Shown: piece by piece, positions 24,535-36,875 of the stretch
Numbering within the stretch: position 1 is the stretch's first letter
Layout of the letters: every line of letters begins with the position of its first letter
Assembly (NCBI RefSeq): GCF_032191835.1
Contig: NC_083243.1
Location: forward strand, 59,520,001-59,584,000
Reading direction: 5' to 3'
DNA length: 64,000 nucleotides
Origin: Heteronotia binoei
Taxonomy: Eukaryota
Notes under the pieces: model-generated
Seen by the model: only the letters and a program-made list of their open reading frames with translations
Database searches by the model: none
Told to the model about the DNA's origin: nothing
Position numbers and translations under genes: made by a program

Positions 24535-25694
24535 AATCAATCTTGCAGTTCTGTCAACTACTGGTCTAACTGCTCTAGTCCATATGTTGTCTCAAACATC
24601 AAGCTTTGGTCAGGATTTTTCTAGCACTACTTCCCTGCAGTTTTGAAGCAATTACATTATATTAACAGTCTCTGCAACTGTCTTTGTTGTTAAACAGCAC
24701 AGTAACATTATATAAAATGTTTTTATTGTATTTTATTGTTTTATTATATGTTGTACTCCACCCTGAGCCCTACGGGGAATGGGCAGAATAGAAATTTACT
24801 AAAATAAAATAAAATAAACATTAACATTGCACATGTCTAAGAAAACCACTTCTTCACTACAATTGTATAACAGGAGGTCACATACATATTATAATAATAA
24901 GACAATCTTTCTACACTTTCTATACATTGGATAGACTAACCTCATACATTAACACTGTTGGCATGAGTGCTACCAAGAAACCAGACCTTTCCATATAAGA
25001 GGCTGTTTCCCAAACCTGAAGGTATGAATCTCCATCTGCTGTCTTTTCCCCAATACGTTGTCATCATGAACCTACTCATTTTGCCCATTTCCTTCTCCCA
25101 CTTGTTTCTTAATCCACATTTTGTAACAGCATTTTATTCCATTATACACAACTGATACAAACCAGTCAGCAATTTTAACAATAAAAATTCTAAAGAATGT
25201 TAGTCTTAAGCATAGAAAAAAATATAATTGCAGGCAGTTAGTTTGATAGAATTTTAACTTGGTGTATGTTTTGTAATGATTCACTGTTACCCACTTTTCT
25301 CACTGTACTCCAAAGTCATGGTCTTTTTCTTTCTCTCTGTAGCAGCAGAGGTCTGCAGTCCAATCTCAGTTCCCCTATTCTGTCCCCCAGTTACTGGTCT
25401 TCCAGTGCATCCATCTTTAAGTCATCCCATCTGTTTCTGCAACTCACTGCACTCTTTTTTTGGTCTATGCCTCCAATGCACCCCAATCTCCATTACCACC
25501 TGTTATGTCCTTGAAACACCCATTCATTTTCCTCTCCCATTTATCTGCCTACAGATTTCCGCACATCCTGTCTCTCATTGAACTTCTCTTTCCCTGCTCC
25601 ATAATTACATTTGTCTTTTTATCTCATTTACAGCCCATCTTTCTCACTAAGACCCAAGGTCTTAGTGAAAGAAAGAAAGAAATGCAATCATGTA

Positions 25695-25790
25695 TAGGAC
25701 AGATCCAGAGGGGTAGCTGTGTTGGTCTGGAGCAACAGGATAAAGTTAGAGTCCAGTGGCGCCTTTAAGACCAACAAAGTTTTATGCAAC
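25695..25790 (+). mobile_element. Penelope-like element terminal repeat fragment
   Basis: GTAGCTGTGTTGGTCTG..GGCGCCTTTAAGACCAACAAAG; related pieces in inverse orientation near 26500-26585, 58885-59010 and 59720-59822. Confidence 0.65.
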
Positions 25791-25861
25791 TCTTCCTGCC
25801 CTCTTCTCATGATCTGCCTAAGTTCAGCATTGCTGTCAGATGGCCAGTTCATTATATTTCA

Positions 25862-26480
25862 TAGAATCATAGAGTTGGAAGGGACCTCCAGGATCATCTA
25901 GTCCAACCCCCTGCACAATGCAGGAAACTCAAATACCTCCCCCTAAATTCACAGGATCTGCATTGCTGTCAGATGGCCATCTAGCCTTTGTTTAAAAACC
26001 TCCAAGGAAGGAGAGCCCACCACCTTCCGAGGAAGCCTGTTTCACTGCGGAACTGCTGTAACGGACAGGAAGTTCTTCCTAATGTTGAGCCGCAAACTCT
26101 TTTGATTTAATTTCAACCCATTGGTTCTGGTCCTACCTTCTGGGACCACAGAAAACAATTCCACCCCATCCTCTATATGACAGCTCTTCAAGTACTTGAA
26201 GATGGTGATCATATCACCTCTCAACCTCCTCCTCTCCAGGCTAAACATGCCCAGCTCCTTCAACCTTTCTTCATAGGACTCGGTCTCCAGACCCCTCACC
26301 ATCTTTGTCGCCCTCCTCTGGACCAGTTCCAGCTTGTTTATATCCTTCTTAAAATGTGGTGCCCAAAACTGAACACAATATTCCAGGTGAGGTCTTACCA
26401 GAGCAGAGTAAAGTGATGCCATCACTTCACGTGATCTGGACACTATACTTCTGTTGATACAGCCCAAAATTGCATTTGCC
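25862..26480 (-). mobile_element. CR1 LINE 3' fragment
   Basis: ORF 26042-26521 ([28 protein letters not shown]); 3' end CTCTATGATTCT; close relative of 62513-63628. Confidence 0.93.
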
Positions 26481-26711
26481 AATTGCATTTTACTTCTTTG
26501 AAGAAGTGTACATGCACACAAAGTTCATATCTTGGATAAAACTTGGTTGGTCTTAGAGCTGCCATTGGACTCTAACTTTATTCATGGATAGGACATTCAA
26601 TGAACACTGCACTATGACTATGATTAGGAATGCAAAATTAAATGTGAACAACAAACTGCCATGCTGATATAGTAAAAGCAATGCACAATTTGAAATTACA
26701 AAGGTACATAG

Positions 26712-27193
26712 TAGGGTTGCCAGGTCCAATTCAAGCAATATCTGGGGACTTTGGGGGTGGAGCCAGGAGAAAGGTTATGATAAGCATAATTGAACTCCAA
26801 ACGGAGTTCAAGCCATTATATTTAAAGGGACCGCACACCTTTGAAATGCCTTTCCTCCATTAGAAAAAATGAAAAATAGGTGTACCTTGTTTCGTAGCCC
26901 ATAGAATTTGACCCCCTGGTCCAATCGTTTTGAAACTTGGAGGGTGTTTTGAGGAGTGGCATTGGATGCTGTGCTGAAAATTTGGTGTCTCTACCTCAGC
27001 AAATAGCCCCCCAGGGCCCCAGATACCTGTGGATCCATTCTCCATTATACCTTATGAGAATCAGTCTCCATAGGGAATAATGGAGTGCCCAGCAGGCATT
27101 TCCCTCCCCCCTTGCTTTCTGATGATCCTGAAGTGGGGGGAGGTCCTCCAAACTGGGGGATCCCCTGCTCCTACTTGGGGATTGGCAACCCTA
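26712..27193. mobile_element. Long TAGGGTTGCCA-family hAT MITE (about 480 bp)
   Basis: TIRs TAGGGTTGCCA / TGGCAACCCTA; TSD GTACATAG / GTACATGG. Confidence 0.9.
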
Positions 27194-27570
27194 GTACATG
27201 GCAAAATGGTACCCATTCCCATATGAAATTGCTCTTCTGGATTGTTTTATCTGACTACAAGAATACCCTCTTGAACATTCCTGTTCTGCATGTTTTTCAC
27301 ATACCATCTCACACTGCTTTTCTCTCTGCTTTACCACAGATCTATATCTATCTATATTTCTCCCTTTTTCTATTTCCCCTCTCCCTCTCTTGTCTATTTT
27401 TACAGAATCATAGAGCTGGAAGGGAGCTCCAGGATAATCTAGTCAACCCCCTACACAATGCAGCAAAGTTCGTTAAAGAAAGGCATTTGCAGAAGTCGCT
27501 TCTCTTCTCACATTGTACAAGTCACTTTTATTCTCACTTTGATAACATGGGAGGGAATGAATATTCCCAA

Positions 27571-27778
27571 GGGGAGGGACAGTGGCTCAGTGGTAGAGCA
27601 TCTGCTTGGTAATCAGAAGGTCCCAGGTTCAATCCCTGGTATCGCCAACTAAAAAGGGTCCAGGCAAATAGGCATGAAAAACCTCAGCTTGAGACCCTGG
27701 AGAGCCGCTGCCAGTCTGAGTAGACTTTGATGGACCGAGGGTCTGATTCAGTATAAGGCAGCTTCATATGTTCATATG
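27571..27778 (+). mobile_element. tRNA-derived SINE (Squam2-like)
   Basis: tRNA-like head with A and B boxes followed by a conserved non-tRNA body and CATATGTTCATATG tail. Confidence 0.88.
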
Positions 27779-27979
27779 AGCCAGACAGGGAATGAGCAGG
27801 CCTAGGGAAGAACTTCTGCTTGTGCAAGAGCTCTACTACAAGTGGAAATTTTGGGCTGGATCCAACCCCATATCTGTCAGTAGACTGGCTGATGCATTTA
27901 CATTAACTGAAGCCTCTAATGTTAAACAGTCTTCAGCTGATCCACACGCTCATAACATGTATTTGCAGTCATCTCACAA

Positions 27980-28011
<32 letters not shown>

Positions 28012-28788
28012 TTATTCAAAACATTTTTTAAACAAACAACTTTATTGGAATTTTCCCCAAAAAAGATAACAACAAAACTACATATGGAAACAATACACTG
28101 GAGAAGAATAATACAAAATAGCTTTTAAAAGTATTTTGCATATTACATTAAAATAGATACTAGGAACCAATATAGAGACAGAAAAGAATGAAAAGAATAA
28201 GAAAGGAGGAAGAGAAGAAGGCAAATCAGATAAGAAGAATGGATTTCGCAACAGAGGACAACCAAGGGGTGTTAGGTAGACCAGAGATGTTAAGTGAGAA
28301 AAGGAAACCAAAGGGATTCAAAATTGGAATTAAAAGCACCAGCCTCTCTTTCATGAATGATGGAGGACATTTTACCTAACAGGCAAAAATCACAGGCTTT
28401 AGACAACCAGTGAAATTTAGGGTACATATTCAGATTTCCAAAAATAGGTTAAAACTGCTTTAGCAGCAGAACAAAAGATAGCAATAAGATCTTTATGTCT
28501 TGAAGGAACTCTTATGTCTCCTCAGTAATTTAAAAGCATAAGTTCAGGCAGTAGAAGCACAAGGTAGGAAGTGATAGTGAAAATATGTTGTTGTACATTT
28601 TGCCAGAATTGAAAAACTTTTGGGGAAGACCACCAACAGTGTAGGTATATGCCTTTAGAGCCATAATGTTTCCAACAAAAAAGGTTTGAGGACAAGTGAA
28701 TATTCCAAACATTTTTATCTTGCCTTGTCTACTGGTCCAAGCAAGTGTGGCAAGATATGCAGCTGGCAAACTTAACTTGGTGCTATAC

Positions 28789-29105
28789 TATAATATAGTG
28801 GGTTCCATGCATAGAAGAGGTGAGGTGGTAGTGATAATCAGCTCTTTATTAAATACAGCATGGTAGGTGGCTGCTCTACAAAGACTGGAGAACTGGGCCA
28901 ACGGGGCCAACTTTATACAACTCAGGGTTCCCGCGCAAGCACATTATTGGATCATTCAAACCTGGCAGGGACTTGTGGTTGGTGCAGGGCAGCAGAAATT
29001 TTGATCCTGCTGCCCATTGTTCCCAAGGCCCCAAGCTCTGTATGGCTCCAATGAGCCAGGCAGGAACACCCAATTCAGTCCTCACTTGAGTCCTCATACA
29101 CAACA
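28789..29105 (-). mobile_element. Solo LTR (Gypsy-type, 317 bp)
   Basis: Minus strand starts TGTTG, has AATAAA near its 3' end, and is flanked by a perfect 5-bp TSD TATAC (28784-28788, 29106-29110). Confidence 0.75.
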
Positions 29106-29874
29106 TATACCTTTAAGATTATTGTATGGATTTAATGGAACCTTTTAATGCCATGATCAAGCTTCTTCAGAGAAAGTCTCTGGCTGTATTCTCAGTCTCA
29201 AACTCATTATAGCCTTGGAACTGTCCTTCAGATCATCTGCTGTTTTAACAAACTAGACAAGGATATCACCTACGTGTTGATGATCCATACTCCAAAAACC
29301 TTGGATGACTTCTCTGGGGGTTTCAGGCAGATATTATATAGCACAAGGAACCACAGCACACATGTCAAGACATCAAGCTATCTTTCATCATTTTATATCA
29401 TTTTTGCAGTTAGAATGCTCCCAATATAATTTCAGGTGAGTACTATTGCCAGTGGTACAGAAAACTGTCAAGGTGCAGGAGTATTAGTGTTGCACTCCCC
29501 ACTAGCTCCTTCCAGTAATGGCTGTCAGTTAGGCAATCACTGCAGTTTTAATTCCAAAATCATCTAATCCAAAAAAGCTTGGAGTTTCACAGCCATAACT
29601 TGTTCAAGCTTCTTGTCAAAAAAGACAGTATTTACTACAAGTTGATAAGTGATAAACTTGTTTGAGTTCAGAAACTGAGTCTTCCATCCTCACAACTGCT
29701 TTCTTCAAAATGTTGACATTATTCATCTCCTAGGATTTTGTTCAAAGCCACTACTGAAATATTGTGTGGGGAAGCAGCAGTGTGAAGGAGCTACAAAGAG
29801 TTAATGCACCATTCCCAAAGCTGCTTTTCTGTAGCTTCACTGTTATGTTGATGCATAAGATGTGTCTCCAACCT

Positions 29875-30035
29875 GCCCTGAGCTGGATAGCCCAGGCAAG
29901 CCCAATCTTATCAGATCTTGGAAGCTAAGCAGGGCTGACCCTGACAAGCACGTGGATGGGAGACCTCCAAGGAATATCAGGGACAGGACACAGAGGCAAG
30001 GAGCAAGCCACCTCTCTGAACATCCTTGCCTCCCA
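29875..30035 (+). mobile_element. 5S rRNA-derived SINE (5S-Sauria-like)
   Basis: CCCAATCTTATCAGATCTTGGAAGCTAAGCAGGG..TGGATGGGAGACC resembles the 5S internal promoter region; non-5S continuation. Confidence 0.75.
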
Positions 30036-30384
30036 GCTCCACTTCGTCAGAAAACAGCCATGACTTCCAGGCATGCCTGCACACACACACATGGATGTAC
30101 ACACACACACATATGTATCTCCAACCTATGCATCTTTATTGAGTTCCATGTGATTTACTATCAAGTAAGAATAAAAAGGATGACAGTCAATATTGTCATT
30201 AGAGGGGGTGGCCAATCTGTTGCAGTAAAAAACAACAGGGCTCAAAGACACATTAATGACCAAGAAAATTGATTCCAGCATAACCTTTGTGGACTACAGC
30301 AGACTTCTTCAGATTCTTTCAGAATCTAGTTGATGAAAGCTTATGCTGGAATAAAATTCTGGTAGCCTACAAACACCGGAATAC

Positions 30385-30564
30385 ATGATGCTGAATCAGA
30401 CCATCGGTCCATCAAAATCAGTATTGTCTACTCAGATTGCTAGAGTCTCAGGTAGAGGTCTTTCACATCACCTAACTTATACTTCCAACTGGAGATGCCA
30501 GGGGTTGAACCTGTGATCTTATGCATGCCAAGCAGATGCTTTACCACTGAGCCACAGCCTCTCT
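30385..30564 (-). mobile_element. tRNA-derived SINE (Squam2-like), older copy
   Basis: Aligns with 14470-14676. Confidence 0.75.
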
Positions 30565-31049
30565 CAAGGCTTTTTAAAATTGCAATCAATGTTAAGGAAT
30601 CTGAACGTGAACTTGAAGAAGACTTGCATCATTGATTGTAGAATAATGTATTTTATTCTCCAATGGAAGGATAAGTCTGGTTCTAATAATGCAGCACAGC
30701 GCTTTTCCAAGCAATTTTTATTACCCACCAGTGTCTGGACACTATTAAGCACCACTGATTGAAAATTAAAATAGATGGTCTTAGCTAACTCTTGGTTCAT
30801 ATGCAGTCTAAATTAGACTTTCAATAATCACTGCTTCTTAATGGCTAACAAAAAAAGTATTCCTGTTTTTCTCCTGTGTCCTTTATGAGTTCCATAAATA
30901 ACTAATTAACCTCCATGACAAAAGTCAGCATTAAAACAGGAGACAGACTGTGTGCACAAGGAGTATGCATCCTGACAAAGATCTCATGAACTATACGGAG
31001 CAGACACTACATCTCATCACAGCATTCTCCCCAGAATTAAATGCTTATT

Positions 31050-31325
31050 NNNNNNNNNNNNNNNNNNNNNNNNNNNNNNNNNNNNNNNNNNNNNNNNNNN
31101 NNNNNNNNNNNNNNNNNNNNNNNNNNNNNNNNNNNNNNNNNNNNNNNNNNNNNNNNNNNNNNNNNNNNNNNNNNNNNNNNNNNNNNNNNNNNNNNNNNNN
31201 NNNNNNNNNNNNNNNNNNNNNNNNNNNNNNNNNNNNNNNNNNNNNNNNNNNNNNNNNNNNNNNNNNNNNNNNNNNNNNNNNNNNNNNNNNNNNNNNNNNN
31301 NNNNNNNNNNNNNNNNNNNNNNNNN
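31050..31325. other. Assembly gap (276 N)
   Basis: Run of N. Confidence 1.
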
Positions 31326-32382
31326 TTCATTTTCCCAACTAGGCATAAAATATGGCTTCCCAAGAGTACAATACCTAATTCTTCAAAATATACAAAGATA
31401 GCAATAAAATGATTAAATTACAACTCTTACATCTGTACATCTTGTCTTCTTATAAAATAAGAATGCTTAAAAGCAGCAGAAAACAAGGCAGATAATTGTG
31501 TAACTTCTCCAAGAATGTAAAAAAACCCCCAGTTTTAGCTCTATAACAAGTCAAGCACAACAATAGACACACTTCTGTCTCCAATGAATGTTGTGTCTCC
31601 TTCAAGGCATTACATAGTACAGTTAAAGTGAGTCATGTTGTAAAAATTACTGCCTTTGATATCAAAATCTAAATAACAAAAGAGTTGTTGGAAAAGATGG
31701 ATTAAATAACAGTTACATTTTTATGTATACATACATAACTTCTGCAGGATCGATAAAAAATTGTGTATGATGTAAAATATTCAATGCCACTCTAAACTAT
31801 CAACCTTTGTTTTCTTTATTAATTACACATTAACAAATGCTTAATCCAGTCATGGAAATGTAGTAACACAGGTGACAATGACAAATTGTGTTTGTCACTG
31901 TGATTGCGCTCATCACAACACACCAACAAATAAAGTATAAAATGAAATCTCAAATTTGAAATAGCTATCAAGTATTTTAATTTGAAGAACTTGTACAGTA
32001 ATTAATTTTTATTTTCAGAGGTTTTACACAGGAAGAATTTGGGTTTCTATATATCCCTTCTAGAAAAAAAATCATCCACAAAACAGTGGAAGATCAGAAT
32101 CAACATTAGACAGCAAGGCCCTCTTTGGAATTTCCTGACAAATATATCAGAGAGAGAAATTACAAATGAGTATTTCTTCAGTATGTGTGAGCCAATTACC
32201 TTTTAAAGAAATGAAGAGATGAAATCTCTCTATTTCTCTCTATCTTGAACATAATTTTTTTTTAGTAAAAAATTACTCCACATGTTCCCTTGACATATGT
32301 CTTCCAGGTATGTTTTATGACAAAATAAAAAACAGCTTTTTTGTTGTTATCATGGCTGCTTCAATTGCAAATCAAAACATAC

Positions 32383-32526
32383 GAAGTAAAGAGCGGCACA
32401 AGGCTTGGCTGATCAAAACTCTTCCAATTTCTGAGCAGAAAATGTGCGCCAACTAATAGCCCCCTAAAGATTCGACTCTCTACTACAAAAGCGAACGTTA
32501 CAGCTGATAACGTGGAAATGAAATCA
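32383..32526 (-). other. Candidate 144-nt exon or conserved element
   Basis: Strong polypyrimidine tract ending TTTTTTCCCAG, donor TTC|GTATGT, length divisible by 3, locally CpG-rich; only the phase-2 frame is open. Confidence 0.35.
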
Positions 32527-33113
32527 CTGGGAAAAAAGATACCATTAAGGGAAGCAGAGAGAGAAAAGAACAAAAATGTGTCAGATGGAATGCTAGGCAT
32601 TGGTCAAACATTCCAGTTTACAAGATGAGCTTTGAATTGTGTAACGATTTATAAGGGGAGAAATACTTCATTTCCTAATATGAGGATGAGGGGTGGGGTG
32701 GAGATAGGAAGAAGCTGGCTTCATTACAGGATGCCCCTTGATAACTAAAATCTTGATCTGGCCTCTGTCCACTGCTGTTCTAAATGAGCCCAGTCAGTCT
32801 GGCCCATGCTTTTTCATTTCTTTTTCTCAAGCCAAATGACTACCATCTGCTGTCACAAAGCTGTCACACAATCAGTAGTAGAAGATTTCTAAAGAACATA
32901 ATGGCTCAAGAATGAATATATGACATCGCAGCTCACATCGAGCAGGGAGAGAACAGCAATCCATTTGAAAAGAACAGCAGCAGTGTTCTCCCACTTCTCA
33001 GCAAGTACATTGTAATACAAATCTTTATTTGGACTCAAGACGTTGACAGGTCAATTGAACAGAATAAGTCTAGTTTATGATGCAGTTGTCAGAAGTGGTT
33101 AAAGCAGGAGTCT

Positions 33114-33293
33114 NNNNNNNNNNNNNNNNNNNNNNNNNNNNNNNNNNNNNNNNNNNNNNNNNNNNNNNNNNNNNNNNNNNNNNNNNNNNNNNNNNNNNNN
33201 NNNNNNNNNNNNNNNNNNNNNNNNNNNNNNNNNNNNNNNNNNNNNNNNNNNNNNNNNNNNNNNNNNNNNNNNNNNNNNNNNNNNNNNNNNNNN
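33114..33293. other. Assembly gap (180 N)
   Basis: Run of N. Confidence 1.
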
Positions 33294-33749
33294 AAGCATG
33301 AATAGAGTAATTTTCTGTTTATACAAATGTGGTAGCCACAGCATAAATAAGGAGAAGACATTTAAAAATGCCATGTTTTCACTTTGAAACCTCTGGATAC
33401 TATTTATATTTACAGGAGGAACAGAATACTGGCAACAGAAAGGTTGTTTCTATAATGACATGCCATTTAGTAAAACTCTTATACTGTACACAAAATAGTT
33501 TTGGCACATGTAGGATGGTATGAAACCAGAAAGTTCTGAAATCCCCAGAGCCAGTGAATGAAGCTGCTTCAGAAAGACCAAAAGATTCACCTTTTTACTT
33601 GGCTACCTAAATGTGGTACTGCCAAAACTTTTCTGCTTCAGATACACATTTAGTACTGGAATTCCCTGAAGACTGTTTAGGAATATGACTGATTTTCCAC
33701 TAGTTTGTTGGAAAATACTTCTTACAAAATAAATATGTTAAGCTTTTAC

Positions 33750-33965
33750 CTTTACAGTCTGTAAAACATATTTCAGTTGCCTCATATAGGTCTGCATTCA
33801 GCCAATTATTCATCTTCTGATCAAAACTCTTGCTATTTTTAAAGTGCTCAATAAATAATTCAGTAATGCAAGGCAAAATCTCAGCCAAATTCCTCAAACT
33901 GTTGATGGATATGCTAGATTGATACAGCTTGTCTAATCTATTTTTTCTAAACAGTGCTAATATAA
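33750..33965 (-). CDS. Candidate 216-nt phase 1-1 coding exon (ILALFRKNRLDKLYQSS...ADLYEATEICFTDCK)
   Basis: Acceptor TATTTTCCTTTCAG, donor AAG|GTAAAA, inside the 99-aa ORF 33700-33999 in AT-rich DNA; protein not recognised. Confidence 0.35.
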
Positions 33966-34607
33966 CTGAAAGGAAAATACTTGTTTGGTTGTTTGCCATA
34001 ATTGAAAGAAATGCTCATTAATTTTGCAGCAAATCTGGCACAAGACATATTTTTAACCCAAGGGATTTTAAATAGGTTAATAACAATTGATTTTTAAAAA
34101 TAATAATAAAAAACCCTTTATCTGTTGTACACTCTGGCAATGTCCATATATATTACTAATATTCAAATCAGCAACAAAAGGGATAATGAATAGGTCAGGC
34201 TGCTCTGTTCCCAGGAAAAGAAGACCATTCTCAGTAAGACCATCCTTTTGGCAGGAACAGGGTTGCCTGAACAGAGGTATTCAAGTGCATTACGTTTCTT
34301 GAAGGAAGAAAGGTTCTTTATAGCTGCAGTGCCTGTTGGAACATCCTGCTGTCAAGAGCCAGCTACACAAGGAGAAACACTTCACTGCAGTGTTTGATGG
34401 TGTGCATTGAATTTTCAGGTAGCAATTCAGCAGATTACTTCAAACACCTACCTGGGAAAACTGAAGTTGTTGCACCATGCATCAAGTAAGTCAGAATCTG
34501 GAGAGAAGAATCTTTTTTTTTGGTATTATAAACTAGAACTGTGTAATCTCTAAAACAACTAGCAAAGGTATAATGGAAAGAGAATATGAAAGGATTAAGA
34601 TGGACAG

Positions 34608-35376
34608 TAGGGATGGGCACAAACCTAGAAATGAACCATGGTTCGAGCATGAACCGGGCCGGTTCATGGTTTATTTTGAACCAGTTCATTTGCCTGAGTC
34701 ATTCCTGAACTAAAAAATGAATGGTATTTTTTCCCCATGGTGGTTCATTTGGTTCATTTTTTGCAGTTTGTTCTTCAGGTGATTCAGTCAATTCCTAGGC
34801 AACACTGGGGTGGACCCTAAAAACACCCAAAGAGTTGCCCATAGCTTGACTGGCAGCTTTGGGAGCCAACCACAGGACTCCCATTCTGCTCTATGGGAGC
34901 AGATTATATACCAGTATAATACCACACCCTGACTCAGCTGTTTCACTTTGCAGCACAAATAGAGAAAAGTTAGTTCAGTTGTTGTTTGCTGTGTCACTGA
35001 TTTAGGGGAGGCTTTGAAGAACTCCTTTCCCCCACACAGAGTAGGACAATTTTTAAAACATGTCTCCCAGCTGGGAAGGTGATCCTTGCTGTGGTTTCAG
35101 GGACCGAACCTGGAGCAGAGCTTTCCTGGGGGTACCTGCTTTGGGGGACTGTAACTCAGACATCCCAAACCCAAACTTCACCAAACTTGGAGGAGAGCCT
35201 GCTGAAGACTTTCTGTGAGTTTGGCATCTCTAACTCACAAGGGGGCTGTTTGTTCGCCTCATGAACCAAATGAACCAGTTCAGGAAATCAAACAAACCAT
35301 GAACCAGCATGAACCACCAGTCTGGGCAACCAGACAAACCATGAACCACCATTTTCCCAGTTTGTGCCCATCCCTA
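34608..35376. mobile_element. Non-autonomous hAT element with TAGGGATG TIRs and ATGAACC subterminal repeats
   Basis: 17-bp TIRs TAGGGATGGGCACAAAC / GTTTGTGCCCATCCCTA; TSD ATGGACAG / ATGGCCAT; clustered ATGAACC/GGTTCAT at both ends. Confidence 0.88.
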
Positions 35377-36467
35377 ATGGCCATTGTAAAGTAGAGGATT
35401 TGGGAGGTTCCATCTCTGTAAAATGAAAAGTTCAGTTATTGAAGAGAGTAATGTAAAATGAAGAGAGGCGGTTATGTCATTCCAGCTCTTTTGAGTACTC
35501 AGTGTGATGTATAGTGGAATGAACAGTTGGAGGACAAAATTTACTTTTAAAATTTATACAAACAGACCCAGGATTGGATTCTGTTATAAAGGCACAATTT
35601 CACCCACCCCACTGTCCATCAAAGGCATTAGTCAAAAACTTCACATGTATGTAGATTACCCAATAAATGTTTCGCTTAAATTAGCAGAAGATGACACTCC
35701 ACTTGTTTCAGAAGACAGTAGAGAGCAATGGATTGTAAAGTGCCTTCCTTGTTGGAAACATGGCTTGGTGGTGTTGTAGATGTGAAGTAGCAAATCTTAC
35801 AGCAGGCCCTGTAGGTACTAGCTCTTCTAGAACCCCTCTTGACTCCAACAACCTTGTATCACTGTCACTTACAGCACAATCATAAGTACACTTTGGCTGC
35901 AACATGATGGCACTTTCCACCACCACTTAAAAAACGAGACAGCTTAATTCTCTACCCTATTAAGTCAGTTATTAGGATTCATGTCAATTTAGTCAAATTA
36001 AATGATATATCTCAAAACAGGATTTAAAAATGTAACTACTTTGTTTGAATTTTAAAAAGACTGAGAGGTGTTCATTTTGATATCAATAACACTAGCATAA
36101 ATCAGGAAAAAAACCTGTAACTGTCAGAAGGTTCTACTAGCATCAAAACTATAAACATATATCAAACCTAAAAATTACTTCCCTGAATTATTAAACATAG
36201 GTTCATTAGATGAAGAAAAGCTGCTCATCAAAAAAGGACTAGGGATGCTGAGAAGTTTGAAACACATATGTGAACATTCATGTTTAATTTCTGCAAATTT
36301 AGACAGCTCAGTAGCCATTAACATTTATCAGAAAGAGAACACCAGCAATAATTTTTTTTTAAATGCCCAATGTTTATTTTTGTACATTCTCCACTTAATA
36401 TGTGAAAGAAGATATTTGCAAGCCACTCAGACTTCCAGCCAACAAGCAGTCCCCTGTTCATAACGGG

Positions 36468-36875
36468 TAGGGTTGCCCATTAGTGTGAGCTAGTTCACAG
36501 GTTTTAAGCCTGCAGCTCACACATTTTTGAGCAAACTAATTTATGCAGTAGCCAAATTGCTCACCCACAACTTTAATGCCAGTAGCTCATAAAGTAGATT
36601 TTTTTTGCTCACAAGACTGCAGTCTAGAGGGAACATTGTTGCCAGTTTTTTTTTCTGCCTGGCAGCAGGGGACCTTTCATGAGGAAGTGACATCATCACA
36701 CCAGGCACATTGCATGGGGGACACTATAGCATTTGGATAAAGACTCTGTGGGCATGTCGAGCTTTGATGGAGCTCTTTGAGAGCAAGGCTCCCCCACTGG
36801 CCATCTCTGTGCTGGTGGATTGGAGGCCCCAAAATTGGGGGAACCCCTGCCAGGGGTGGGGGAACGGGAACCCTA
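36468..36875. mobile_element. TAGGGTTGCC-family MITE carrying a second MITE-like insert (about 36480-36638)
   Basis: TIR TAGGGTTGCC / GGGAACCCTA; TSD ATAACGGG / ATAAAGGG; inner segment ends TAGAGGGAACATTG. Confidence 0.7.

Noticed and set aside
27571-27650. tRNA-like sequence (also near 14600-14676 and 30490-30564)
   Set aside because: Poor acceptor and anticodon stems, variable anticodon, and a shared non-tRNA body: SINE heads, not tRNA genes.
29410-29435. Plus-strand 26-nt exon-like segment with GTGAGT donor
   Set aside because: Lies in what appears to be a decayed LINE ORF1-like remnant on the opposite strand, and is not frame-preserving.
29890-30000. 5S rRNA-like sequence (also near 19330-19430 and 49865-49925)
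   Set aside because: Partial, diverged and fused to a SINE body; not a 5S gene.
30950-33374. ORFs of 74-130 aa containing X runs
   Set aside because: Artefacts of translating through N gaps.
34608-35376. Short repeated ATGAACC units and the 11-16 kb array as possible CRISPR-like arrays
   Set aside because: Vertebrate DNA, no constant repeat with unique spacers, no cas genes; explained by hAT subterminal repeats and local duplication.
35708-35926. 72-aa ORF as a terminal coding exon
   Set aside because: No recognisable protein, and an internal GTAAGT donor offers an alternative reading; left only as a weak candidate.
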